DNA of 64,000 nucleotides. Origin: an uncultured bacterium (GTDB taxonomy: Bacteria > Auribacterota > Erginobacteria > Erginobacterales > Erginobacteraceae). A program made the position numbers and the translations under genes. Of the stretch, positions 1 through 8,184 are shown piece by piece (position 1 is the first letter of the stretch; each line of letters begins with the position of its first letter). Below the pieces are notes generated by a model, which saw only the letters and a list, made by a program, of their open reading frames with translations, was not told the origin of the DNA and did not search any database. The DNA lies in the NCBI GenBank assembly GCA_963822585.1, contig CAWGIE010000036.1:1-64000 (forward strand), read 5' to 3'.

Positions 1-52
1 TACCCTTTCAGGGTATCTGCCCAGATTTACGAATCGTTTAATTTTGTATTCC

Positions 53-123
53 GGATAATCAGCATTCCACCCGACTTTTGTCCGCCGTGCGGCGGCCAAA
101 AGCGGGTGAGCTATTCGTTATGT
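53..123 (+). other. attC-like integron recombination site (left core degenerate)
   Basis: Imperfect palindrome CACCCGACTTTTGTCCGCCG-TG-CGGCGGCCAAAAGCGGGTG ending GAGCTATTC-GTTATGT (R' box). Left core reads GGATAAT instead of ACATAAC. An ORF starts 16 nt later. Confidence 0.55.
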
Positions 124-138
124 TTCATGAGGATGCTC

Positions 139-378
139 ATGAAGCAAATTCTGAATCATCGCAATCTCGTAGTGGTTTTTGCGATTATTATCTTTTCTGC
201 AGTGTCATTCTTCGTGGGCGGCAACATTGGTTTTGATAAGGAATTCGAAGCTAAAACATTTTATGATGGTGTTGACGGTTACTTGACAGTTTTGATTTTG
301 AGATATCTCAGAGAAGGCACAATCGATTCGGCTATTTCAGCATTGGAAGGAAAATTGATTACAGAAGGTACATTATGA
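139..378 (+). CDS. small membrane protein
   Basis: GAGGA RBS, N-terminal hydrophobic segment, stop overlaps the next start (ATGA). Confidence 0.55.
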   Translation: MKQILNHRNLVVVFAIIIFSAVSFFVGGNIGFDKEFEAKTFYDGVDGYLTVLILRYLREGTIDSAISALEGKLITEGTL

Positions 379-1763
379 GAAAAACAACAGCTATAATTAC
401 AGGCTCACTTTTATTTCTCAACATAGTACCTCTATGTGCCGGTGAAAGTGAATTGATAACTGCGATCAAAGAAAATGACATTGAAAAAGTGAAATTGTTG
501 CTCTCACCCCATTCGGATTTCCAAATACAAGATTATGAAAAAAAGGCAGCTCTGATCGAAGCATCTTCCAACGGCTATACCGAAATCGTCAAAATATTGA
601 TTTCTTCCGGTATAGACATAAATAATACCCGGGTTAGTGTAGGGAAATGGACTCCTTTGATGTTGGCGGCTGAAAATGGGCACAATGAAATAATAGAAGC
701 CCTTCTCAATGCTGGAGCAAATATTGATGAACAGGGAGGTGAATATAACGACACGAATGCATTCATCGCAGCTATACGAGGCGGCCATCTCGATACGGTT
801 AAGTTATTCATCAATCTTGGTGAGGACGTTAATCAAAAAAATGACATTGGTGCGACGCCACTTATCAATGCAGTCTCAGGCGGGTATATTGATATTGTTA
901 AACTGCTCATCCATGAAGGCGCAGATGTGAACGCTAGCACAAGGTATTATTCCCCTTTAATGACTGCGGCAGAGAAAAATCTTATTGATATAATGAATGT
1001 ATTAATAAAATCCGGCGCGGATTTAAATTTTAAAAACATAGATGGGCATACTCCTTTATCAACAGCTGCCTTCTGGGGCAGTAAGGATGCAGTGCAAATA
1101 TTAATCGACGACGGATCTGAAATTAATGTGAAAAATAATCGAGGGAGAACTGCGCTTGATATAGCCATTATTCGAGATCATGACCAAATAGTGACCATCC
1201 TTAGGGCAGCCAAGGCGAAGGCAACAATATCCTCATTGCGGTATACAGCTGCAAAGGGAAATCTGGAGTTAGTAGAGTTGCTTATCGCTGATGGCGTGGA
1301 CGTAAATATAAAAGACAAAGAGAGCAAGACCCCGATTATGTTCGCGGCACAGAATGGTCATACTGAGGTTGTCGAGACTCTCTTGAAGGCAGGGTCAGAT
1401 ATAACTCTGAAAGATAAGCTGGGCAGAACCCCGCTTGATTTCGCCATCCAGAATGGACACAACGATATTGCTGTTATTCTCAGATCAGCCAGTGCCAAAC
1501 CAACAGTGTCTTCCTTGCTGTACGCAGTTAAAAAGGGAAATGTGGACTTGGTCAAATCACTTATTGCTGATGGTGTGGATGTGAATGCCAGGGGGCTAAT
1601 GCAACGGATTTCTTATGGCTGGTTCAGACGCAAGAAGATGGTTTCTGAAAGGAAGACTGCAATGGAAGTCGCCGAGGAGTGGGGTCACATAGATATCATA
1701 GAAATTTTAAAGTCTGCAGGTGCGACAAGCGATGTGAGCGGGAGGATTCACACAACCCAATGA
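375..1763 (+). CDS. secreted ankyrin-repeat protein
   Basis: Signal peptide; about 11-12 repeats of the TPLxxAAxxGHxxIVxxLLxxGADVN type. Confidence 0.92.
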   Translation: MRKTTAIITGSLLFLNIVPLCAGESELITAIKENDIEKVKLLLSPHSDFQIQDYEKKAALIEASSNGYTEIVKILISSGIDINNTRVSVGKWTPLMLAAENGHNEIIEALLNAGANIDEQGGEYNDTNAFIAAIRGGHLDTVKLFINLGEDVNQKNDIGATPLINAVSGGYIDIVKLLIHEGADVNASTRYYSPLMTAAEKNLIDIMNVLIKSGADLNFKNIDGHTPLSTAAFWGSKDAVQILIDDGSEINVKNNRGRTALDIAIIRDHDQIVTILRAAKAKATISSLRYTAAKGNLELVELLIADGVDVNIKDKESKTPIMFAAQNGHTEVVETLLKAGSDITLKDKLGRTPLDFAIQNGHNDIAVILRSASAKPTVSSLLYAVKKGNVDLVKSLIADGVDVNARGLMQRISYGWFRRKKMVSERKTAMEVAEEWGHIDIIEILKSAGATSDVSGRIHTTQ

Positions 1764-2290
1764 AACCACTCATGATATTTACGGTTCTGCTAGTCACCAT
1801 CTTATCAGTAGAGATGTGTTTCGGTGAGGAAGGGAAGGTGGTTTATAAAGCTTCAACTGATCTGGTCAATCGTGACGGTCTTGTATATGAAGAGGACTCC
1901 GATACACCATTCACCGGTACGGCAGTTGATCAATGGCCAAACGGTCAGAAGAAGGCGGAGATAGAATACCTTGCCGGAAAACGACAAGGGAAGGAGTCAT
2001 CGTGGACCGAGAAAGGGCAAAAGCTGTATGAAGGCGAGAATTTCTCCGGCAAGAGTTCTGGAAAGCTGAGGATGTGGCATGAGAACGGCCAGCAAGCAGC
2101 CTATATAGAGATGCGTAACGGCAAGCCACACGGAAAGGTGAACTTTTGGTACGAGAACGGTCAGAAGGAATCGGAGGGCGAGTGGCGTGACGGCAAGGAG
2201 ATCAGCAGAAAATGCTGGGATGAGAAAGGAAACCTGATTGACTGTGAGGAGTTGCCTGAAGATGTAATCCCCAACCAACCACCCAATTAA
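1760..2290 (+). CDS. secreted MORN-variant repeat protein (YwqK-like)
   Basis: Start MKPLMIF coupled by ATGA; signal peptide; repeats WxxNGQKxxExxYxxGK. Confidence 0.85.
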   Translation: MKPLMIFTVLLVTILSVEMCFGEEGKVVYKASTDLVNRDGLVYEEDSDTPFTGTAVDQWPNGQKKAEIEYLAGKRQGKESSWTEKGQKLYEGENFSGKSSGKLRMWHENGQQAAYIEMRNGKPHGKVNFWYENGQKESEGEWRDGKEISRKCWDEKGNLIDCEELPEDVIPNQPPN

Positions 2291-2401
2291 AACCCCTGGA
2301 ATCCTCTGTACGGGGTTTTTATACCTAAGGTTATATAAGCGGGGGGAGGGCTCCTTTTATCCCTCCCCCTACTCTCTTCCCTTAAAATCACACTGAAAAC
2401 G

Positions 2402-2437
2402 AAAAAGAGACGGCTCAACATTAAATTGAGCCGTCTC
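2402..2437 (-). terminator. Rho-independent terminator downstream of tRNA-Cys
   Basis: 12-bp stem GAGACGGCTCAA/TTGAGCCGTCTC followed by a T-run on the minus strand. Confidence 0.7.
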
Positions 2438-2521
2438 CGATCTTCTCAGGGGGCCTTATAAACGAATGAACCGTCTTTATACAGGAACGGTTCCCTTTCC
2501 AGATGTTCGGAAAACAAACAA

Positions 2522-2593
2522 AGGCGCGGACCGGATTCGAACCGGTGAATAGCGGTTTTGCAGACCGCCGCCTTACCACTTGGCTACCGCGCC
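2522..2593 (-). tRNA. tRNA-Cys(GCA)
   Basis: Reverse complement GGCGCGGTAGCCAAGTGGTAAGGCGGCGGTCTGCAAAACCGCTATTCACCGGTTCGAATCCGGTCCGCGCCT forms a cloverleaf with anticodon GCA; CCA is not encoded. Confidence 0.96.
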
Positions 2594-2770
2594 AATATTT
2601 TTACTGCGTAAAAATTTTGCTGGAGAAGCTCCTATAGGTTAACTTGCAATGCTCCCCTTAGAGTTATTTCTCCCCTGATATGGCAGGGGTATCTTCCCCC
2701 TCTCTTTTACTTCTTCGTGTTCTTCGTGTCCTTCGTGGTGAATCTCTTCGTATTTTTAAGGAAGATATGG

Positions 2771-2965
2771 CTATCCCTCAAGGTACCAGACGCGGAAGAA
2801 TCCCTCTTTCGTCTCGACGTTGATCAGTCTCCGGTTGTTCTTGGCCAAAAAATCGTCGATAGTCTTGAGAAAGAGCTTCCGGGCCGGAGCGATGGCCTTG
2901 ATCCGGCTCCGGCCGACGGGGCCGGATGACGCGAAATAGAAATCCTTGTAATCCAGTCTGCCCAT
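2771..2965 (-). CDS. small hypothetical protein (64 aa)
   Basis: Purine-rich RBS, protein-like composition, in the same orientation as the operon. Confidence 0.6.
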   Translation of the reverse strand: MGRLDYKDFYFASSGPVGRSRIKAIAPARKLFLKTIDDFLAKNNRRLINVETKEGFFRVWYLEG

Positions 2966-2986
2966 GGCTGCCCTTCCCTCTTCCGC

Positions 2987-3145
2987 TTACATCCAGTGTC
3001 CCTCAACCCAGCGGCCGGTCGGCGCCTGGTGGGCGGGAACCCAGGTCGCGCCCGGATACGGGCGCCGGGGTTTGGGCGGCGGACCCGGTGAGGCGCAGGC
3101 GACGGCGACGAGAAGAAGCGCCAGGAAAATCAGTATCTTCTTCAC
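2987..3145 (-). CDS. 52-aa lipoprotein with WxxGxW-type repeats (absent from the ORF track)
   Basis: GTG start right after the coaB stop with GGAGG RBS. MKKILIFLALLLVAVAC lipobox, then Pro-rich segment, WVPAH and WVEGHW. Confidence 0.75.
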   Translation of the reverse strand: MKKILIFLALLLVAVACASPGPPPKPRRPYPGATWVPAHQAPTGRWVEGHWM

Positions 3146-3146
3146 T

Positions 3147-3800
3147 TCAACCTCCCCGTGAAATTCCGGCCTCGATCAGAGCGATTATCTTCTCTCCCAG
3201 CGCGTTCTTGCTCATCAGAGGCCATTCCTCCACGCTGCCATCGCGGGAAAGAACGCTCACCCGGTTCGTCTCCGTGTCAAAGCCGCTGCCGGGCGCGGAG
3301 ATATCGTTGGCGATGATCAGATCGAGGCGCTTACTTTTTAACTTTTGCCGGGCGTTGTCAATAATATTTTCCGTCTCGGCCGAGAAACCGGCCAGGAAGG
3401 CTTTCCCTCTCCTCCGCCCCAGTTCGGCCAGGATATCCGGGTTCCGGACCAGGGCGAGCGCGGTCTTCGCGGCGCCTTTTTTTATCTTCGAGCGGGAAAA
3501 GCGCTCCGGGCGGTAATCGGAGACCGCCGCCGCCATGATGACGGCGTCGGCCGTGGGAAAATGCTCCCGCACCGCCGAACGCATCTCCCGGGCGGAGACG
3601 ACCGGGACCAGCACCGCCCCCGCAACCGGGGGGAGCGAGACCGGGCCGCTGATCAGGACAACGTCATGGCCGCGTTTCACCGCCGCCCGGGCCAGGGCAT
3701 AGCCCATCTTCCCGCTGGAAGGGTTGGAGATAAAACGGAAGGGATCGATAAACTCCCGGGTTGGGCCGGCCGTGATGATAAATTTACTCGGGGAATTCAA
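3147..3800 (-). CDS. coaB: phosphopantothenate--cysteine ligase
   Basis: ITAGPTREFIDPFRFISNPSSGKMG, AAAVSDY, GFSAET and IIANDI motifs. Confidence 0.93.
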   Translation of the reverse strand: MNSPSKFIITAGPTREFIDPFRFISNPSSGKMGYALARAAVKRGHDVVLISGPVSLPPVAGAVLVPVVSAREMRSAVREHFPTADAVIMAAAVSDYRPERFSRSKIKKGAAKTALALVRNPDILAELGRRRGKAFLAGFSAETENIIDNARQKLKSKRLDLIIANDISAPGSGFDTETNRVSVLSRDGSVEEWPLMSKNALGEKIIALIEAGISRGG

Positions 3801-3956
3801 ATTAATTCAGCCACCAAGGCACAAAGACACCAAGAAAAGAGGGGGAAGAGATATATACTCAACGTAGATTAAATTGATAGTACCGGGATATTTTGAAGTA
3901 AATTCGCGTAATTCGCGCAATTCGTAGTTTTTATAGTTGACCGGGTGAAGCGGGGG

Positions 3957-4535
3957 TTACGTTCTTTTAAGCCCTGCTATCATCGTCTCGATTCGCTCGA
4001 TGATCGCGGACGGTTCGGACATGCGGCCCGGGCCCTCGTCGCCGCAGGCGAGGTATCCCGTCTCCGGACCGATAAACCCGACCCCGCGCTCCCGCAGGCG
4101 GCCGATATTCTCCTGGACGGCGGGGTTTTCATACATCCCGGCGTTCATGGCCGGGGCGAGGAGGATCGGGGAACGGGTGGCCATGACCACGCAGCTGAGA
4201 AGATCGTCGGCCAGTCCGTGAGCCAGCTTGCCGATGAAATCGGCCGTGGCCGGGGCCACGACCACGATTGCCGGCCGCCGGGCCAGGGAGATATGCACGG
4301 GAGAAAGGTTCCGGCCGTCCCCGAACATCTCCGTGTACACCCGGTTCCCGGTCAGGACCTCGAAGGTGAGGGGCTGGACGAACTCCCGGGAGGACGCGGT
4401 CATCACCGTGAAGACCTCCGCCTTCATCCGCTTCAGCCGGCCGGCCAGATCCGCCGCCTTGTAAACCGCGATCGAGCCGGTGACGCCGAGGAGGATGGTG
4501 AGTCCGTCCAGGGGATTACCCGGCGCTTTCTTCAT
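3957..4535 (-). CDS. coaC: phosphopantothenoylcysteine decarboxylase
   Basis: GVTGSIAVYK, APATAD, PAMN and LACGDEGPGRM motifs. Confidence 0.93.
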   Translation of the reverse strand: MKKAPGNPLDGLTILLGVTGSIAVYKAADLAGRLKRMKAEVFTVMTASSREFVQPLTFEVLTGNRVYTEMFGDGRNLSPVHISLARRPAIVVVAPATADFIGKLAHGLADDLLSCVVMATRSPILLAPAMNAGMYENPAVQENIGRLRERGVGFIGPETGYLACGDEGPGRMSEPSAIIERIETMIAGLKRT

Positions 4536-4743
4536 CGGTTTTTTCTTCTTCCGGCGGGGAGAGGGCGATTTTACCCGAAACAATCTCCTCCAGTGCGATA
4601 ATGGCCGGTTTCTGATGCTTGATCTCGGGGATCAGGCTTTTCTCCCCCCGGGTCAGCTGGACCGTTCTCTTGGCGGCCAGGATCACCAGGGAATAGATGT
4701 TAGAGACCTTTTCCAGGTATTTTTCCGTTGTTATGTACGTCAT
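4516..4743 (-). CDS. rpoZ: RNA polymerase omega subunit
   Basis: YSLVILAAKR...KPAIIALEEI; gmk-rpoZ-coa synteny. Confidence 0.88.
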   Translation of the reverse strand: MTYITTEKYLEKVSNIYSLVILAAKRTVQLTRGEKSLIPEIKHQKPAIIALEEIVSGKIALSPPEEEKTDEESAG

Positions 4744-4760
4744 CGTTCCATCCTCATATT

Positions 4761-5363
4761 TTAACCTTGGATAATCTTTTTCACCACTTCCGGGTAATAT
4801 TGTACCCGGCATCGCTCGGCCCGCATCACCGCCTGCACATCGGTGACGGCGGCGGCGACGCCGTCAGTAATGATACAGTAATCATACTCGGAATAGCAGC
4901 TGATCTCCGCCCGGGCCCGGGAGAAACGCTTCTCGATCACCTCCGGGCTGTCCGACTGCCTTCCGACCAGTCTCTTCCGCAGTTCCCCCAGTGAAGGGGG
5001 AAGTAGGAAAATATAGACGGCATCGATCCCCGACTTCTTGATCGAACGGGCGCCCTGCACATCCACCACCAGGATGACATCATACCCCTTCTCCAGCTGG
5101 GACTCAATGTAATCCCGGCCGGAACCGTAATAGTTATCGTAGATGATGGCATGCTCCAGAAAGATCCCCTCGGCGATCTTCTTCTTGAACTCCTCCTGGG
5201 AGAGAAAAAAGTAATCGACCCCGTCTTCCTCCCCGGGCCGGGGCGGCCGGGTGGTGGTGGTGATCGCCTTCTTGAGATTTTCCGTTTTTTCCAGCAGGGC
5301 GTCGCAGACGGTGGTCTTGCCCGCCCCCGAAGGCGCCGAGAGTATATATAGCAGTCCTTTCAT
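4761..5363 (-). CDS. gmk: guanylate kinase
   Basis: SAPSGAGKTT and TTRPPRPGEEDGVDYFF motifs. Confidence 0.96.
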   Translation of the reverse strand: MKGLLYILSAPSGAGKTTVCDALLEKTENLKKAITTTTRPPRPGEEDGVDYFFLSQEEFKKKIAEGIFLEHAIIYDNYYGSGRDYIESQLEKGYDVILVVDVQGARSIKKSGIDAVYIFLLPPSLGELRKRLVGRQSDSPEVIEKRFSRARAEISCYSEYDYCIITDGVAAAVTDVQAVMRAERCRVQYYPEVVKKIIQG

Positions 5364-5575
5364 TGATAAATTCTCGAATTTCTTTTGAAGTAATCAGTAA
5401 TTGGTGAGGTGCCAGTCTTCCCAATGACGCTGCGGACATAAATATATTTTTGGCTGTAATTTCTTGCCGGAGGATTTGATGAAATCACTATTTTTTCGTG
5501 TGGCTGCCCATTTAATCTTTGTCATGGTTCAAAACTAACCCGATTTATGAATAAATCGGGTTAAGGCACTTCTTT

Positions 5576-6406
5576 TTATTCCGCGTTCCTCGCCTGCTCC
5601 CGGAGGCTTTCCAGTTCCGATTTCATGATCACGATCTGGCGGGAGACGGCGCTGTCCGCGGCCTTGTCCCCCAGGGTGGTCACTTCCCGGAGCATCTCCT
5701 GGCACAAAAACTCCAGAGTCTTGCCCGCCGGTTTATCCGAGGCCAGGTACTCGTTGAACTGTTCGATATGGCTTTCCAGGCGGGAGATCTCCTCCTGGAC
5801 ATTGGCCGAAGACTGCTGCTGAGCGGCTTTCCGCTGATCTTTACCGCCTGACCGGACGGAGGGGCGGAGCGGCCTCTTCCCCAGATGCGTCTTGATGTTC
5901 TTCAGGCTGCCCGCGAGGACCCGGATATGCCGGCGCAGATCGGCCGCCAGACGGCGGCCTTCCTTCGCGCGCATGGTAAAAAGGTTTGCCAATGCCTGTT
6001 CCAGACTGAGAACGACCTGCTTCTTGAACTGATTGAGGGAAGGGAGGCCGCACGCAGCCTCCATCACTCCCGGGAGCCGGATCAGGGTTTCCGCCCCGAT
6101 CTCGTTCTGCACCTTGAGCTTCCGCTGGAGGCGATTGAGCGCGTTCCAGTACTTTTTGGCCAGGGATTCGTTGATAATCACCCGCGACCAATCTCCGCTC
6201 AGCTGGAAGCTGATGTACACGTTGACCCGCCCGCGGGCGAGCCGCCCCTCGATTACCTGCCGGACGTGGCTCTCCAACCGCTGGTACTCACCCGGAAGCT
6301 TGATCTTGACATCCAGGAAACGGTGATTATAGGACTGGATCTCCGTTTTGACGGTAAAATTACTCGCCGAAGAACTGCCGTTCCCGTACCCCGTCATGCT
6401 CAGCAT
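5576..6406 (-). CDS. yicC: YicC/YloC family endoribonuclease
   Basis: MLSMTGYG, NHRFLD, EEISRLESH and QEMLREVTT motifs. Confidence 0.92.
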   Translation of the reverse strand: MLSMTGYGNGSSSASNFTVKTEIQSYNHRFLDVKIKLPGEYQRLESHVRQVIEGRLARGRVNVYISFQLSGDWSRVIINESLAKKYWNALNRLQRKLKVQNEIGAETLIRLPGVMEAACGLPSLNQFKKQVVLSLEQALANLFTMRAKEGRRLAADLRRHIRVLAGSLKNIKTHLGKRPLRPSVRSGGKDQRKAAQQQSSANVQEEISRLESHIEQFNEYLASDKPAGKTLEFLCQEMLREVTTLGDKAADSAVSRQIVIMKSELESLREQARNAE

Positions 6407-6518
6407 AATTAATTTTTCCTCCGATTATTTTTATCCGGTGAAATTACCGGATAAAAATACCAAAAAATCATACTCCGCGTTGAAGGTACAGGAAAATATC
6501 AAAAGTATCCCGCTGTGT

Positions 6519-7496
6519 CTATCGTTTATCTCTTCGCGTGTTCTCCCGGAGGTCGTCCAGCACATCTTTCATGTCCCGGGGAATGGGGGCGGAGAATTCC
6601 ATCGGCTCCCCGGTCAGAGGATGGGTAATCCTCAGAAGGCGGGCGTGCAGCATCTGCCGGGGCGCCCGGGGCACTCCCGTTTCCGTGTCGGTTTTACCGC
6701 CGTACTCCCGGTCTCCGAGAACGGGACAACCGAGCCGGGAGAGATGAACCCGGATCTGGTGGGTACGGCCGGTCATGATCTCCAGCCGGAGCAGTGAGCA
6801 GGTCTTGAACTCTTCGATCATCTCGTACTTCGTTTGGGCGTGCCGGCCACCGGAATAGCGCACCGTCATCCGGGTCCGCAACCGGGGAGAACGGCCGAGC
6901 GGGTAGTCTACCTCGCCCATCGCGGCAGACGGTTTTCCCCGCACGATAGCCAGATATTCTTTCCCCACCAAGCGGGCGCGGAACTGGCGGACCAGATCGG
7001 AGTAAGCCCGGCTGGTTTTGGCCGCGATCAACACCCCGGACGTATCGCGGTCCAGCCGGTGGACGATCCCGGGGCGCAAGACTCCTCCCGTCTCCGGGAG
7101 ACTCCCGGCATGATGGAGAAGGGCGTTCACCAGCGTCCCCCCCTGCCCCGCCCGCACCGGGTGAACCAGTATACCGGGGGACTTGTCGATGACGATGATA
7201 TCCTCATCTTCGTAGAGAATATCCAGCCCGATCGGCTCCGGGCCCGGGACCGATGCCGACGGAGACGGGAGAATGATCTCGACCCGGTTCCCGGGGGAGA
7301 GCGGGTGGTGCGGTTTGAGCCGCTTCCCGTCGACCAGAACCCCGCCCTCCTCAATCAGGGCCTTGATTCGGTTCCGGGAGATCTCCTCCAGATGCCCGGC
7401 CAGGAAAACGTCCTGACGGAGCCCCGCCTCGTCGTCCCCGACCAGGAATGCCCTGGTCTCATCGGATGATCCCGTTTGTTGTTTCTCTTCCTTCAT
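6519..7496 (-). CDS. rluD: RluA-family pseudouridine synthase with S4 domain
   Basis: GIVHRLDRDTSG and TGRTHQIRVH motifs. Confidence 0.9.
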   Translation of the reverse strand: MKEEKQQTGSSDETRAFLVGDDEAGLRQDVFLAGHLEEISRNRIKALIEEGGVLVDGKRLKPHHPLSPGNRVEIILPSPSASVPGPEPIGLDILYEDEDIIVIDKSPGILVHPVRAGQGGTLVNALLHHAGSLPETGGVLRPGIVHRLDRDTSGVLIAAKTSRAYSDLVRQFRARLVGKEYLAIVRGKPSAAMGEVDYPLGRSPRLRTRMTVRYSGGRHAQTKYEMIEEFKTCSLLRLEIMTGRTHQIRVHLSRLGCPVLGDREYGGKTDTETGVPRAPRQMLHARLLRITHPLTGEPMEFSAPIPRDMKDVLDDLRENTRRDKR

Positions 7497-7530
7497 TTAA
7501 AAAAACTGAGCGCCTTCGGCGCGACTTTTA

Positions 7531-7629
7531 ACCACGAAGCACACGAAGTTCACGAAGGGCTTATAGAAAAATAGAAATGCTCATTTCATTTTCTATAGCT
7601 TTCTTCGTGTCCTTCGTGTCCTTCGTGGT
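7531..7629. repeat. inverted-repeat element with 9-nt-period arms (ACCACGAAG family)
   Basis: ACCACGAAGCACACGAAGTTCACGAAG ... CTTCGTGTCCTTCGTGTCCTTCGTGGT. Confidence 0.85.
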
Positions 7630-7716
7630 AATTATCTGGTTTTATATGTTTTTGAAATTCCGAAGCAGCAAGTTAACGCTTCGTGGTTAAAGATAGGAGA
7701 GTGGCCCAACGACTGA

Positions 7717-8184
7717 TCAGGAGTGCGTGAGCTTGTCTTTCCCGAAGACGGCGATGACGATGAGAAGGGCGACGCCGATGCAGATGGCGCTGTCGGCAAC
7801 GTTGAACGCCGGCCAGTGATAGGTGCCGAACTGGAAGTCGAGGAAGTCGACCACGTGATCGAATCGTATCCGGTCGATCAGGTTCCCCACCGCGCCGCCC
7901 AGGATGAGACCGCCGGCGATCCGGGCGATTTTCCCGGAGGCGAAGAGACGGCGGTAAAAAAGAAGCAGCAGCGAGATCGTCACCAGTGAAAGAATGATAA
8001 AGAGGAAACTCTGACGGGGAAAAATGCCGAAAGCGGCGCCCCGGTTATGGACCAGCGTGAAGTAGAAAAAGTTCTCGATCACGGCGGTCTTGCGGCACGG
8101 GACGGCCTGGAGAGCGCCGGCGGCCATGAACTTGGTCGCCTGGTCGGCGAGGATAATAATCAGCGCGGTAACTGCCGTCAGCAT
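7717..8184 (-). CDS. lspA: lipoprotein signal peptidase
   Basis: NRGAAFG, GNLIDR, VVDFL and FNVAD motifs; follows ileS. Confidence 0.95.
   Translation of the reverse strand: MLTAVTALIIILADQATKFMAAGALQAVPCRKTAVIENFFYFTLVHNRGAAFGIFPRQSFLFIILSLVTISLLLLFYRRLFASGKIARIAGGLILGGAVGNLIDRIRFDHVVDFLDFQFGTYHWPAFNVADSAICIGVALLIVIAVFGKDKLTHS

Noticed and set aside
2266..2335. Second attC after the MORN gene
   Set aside because: Only a CCCCAAC core-like word; no matching palindrome and GTT box.
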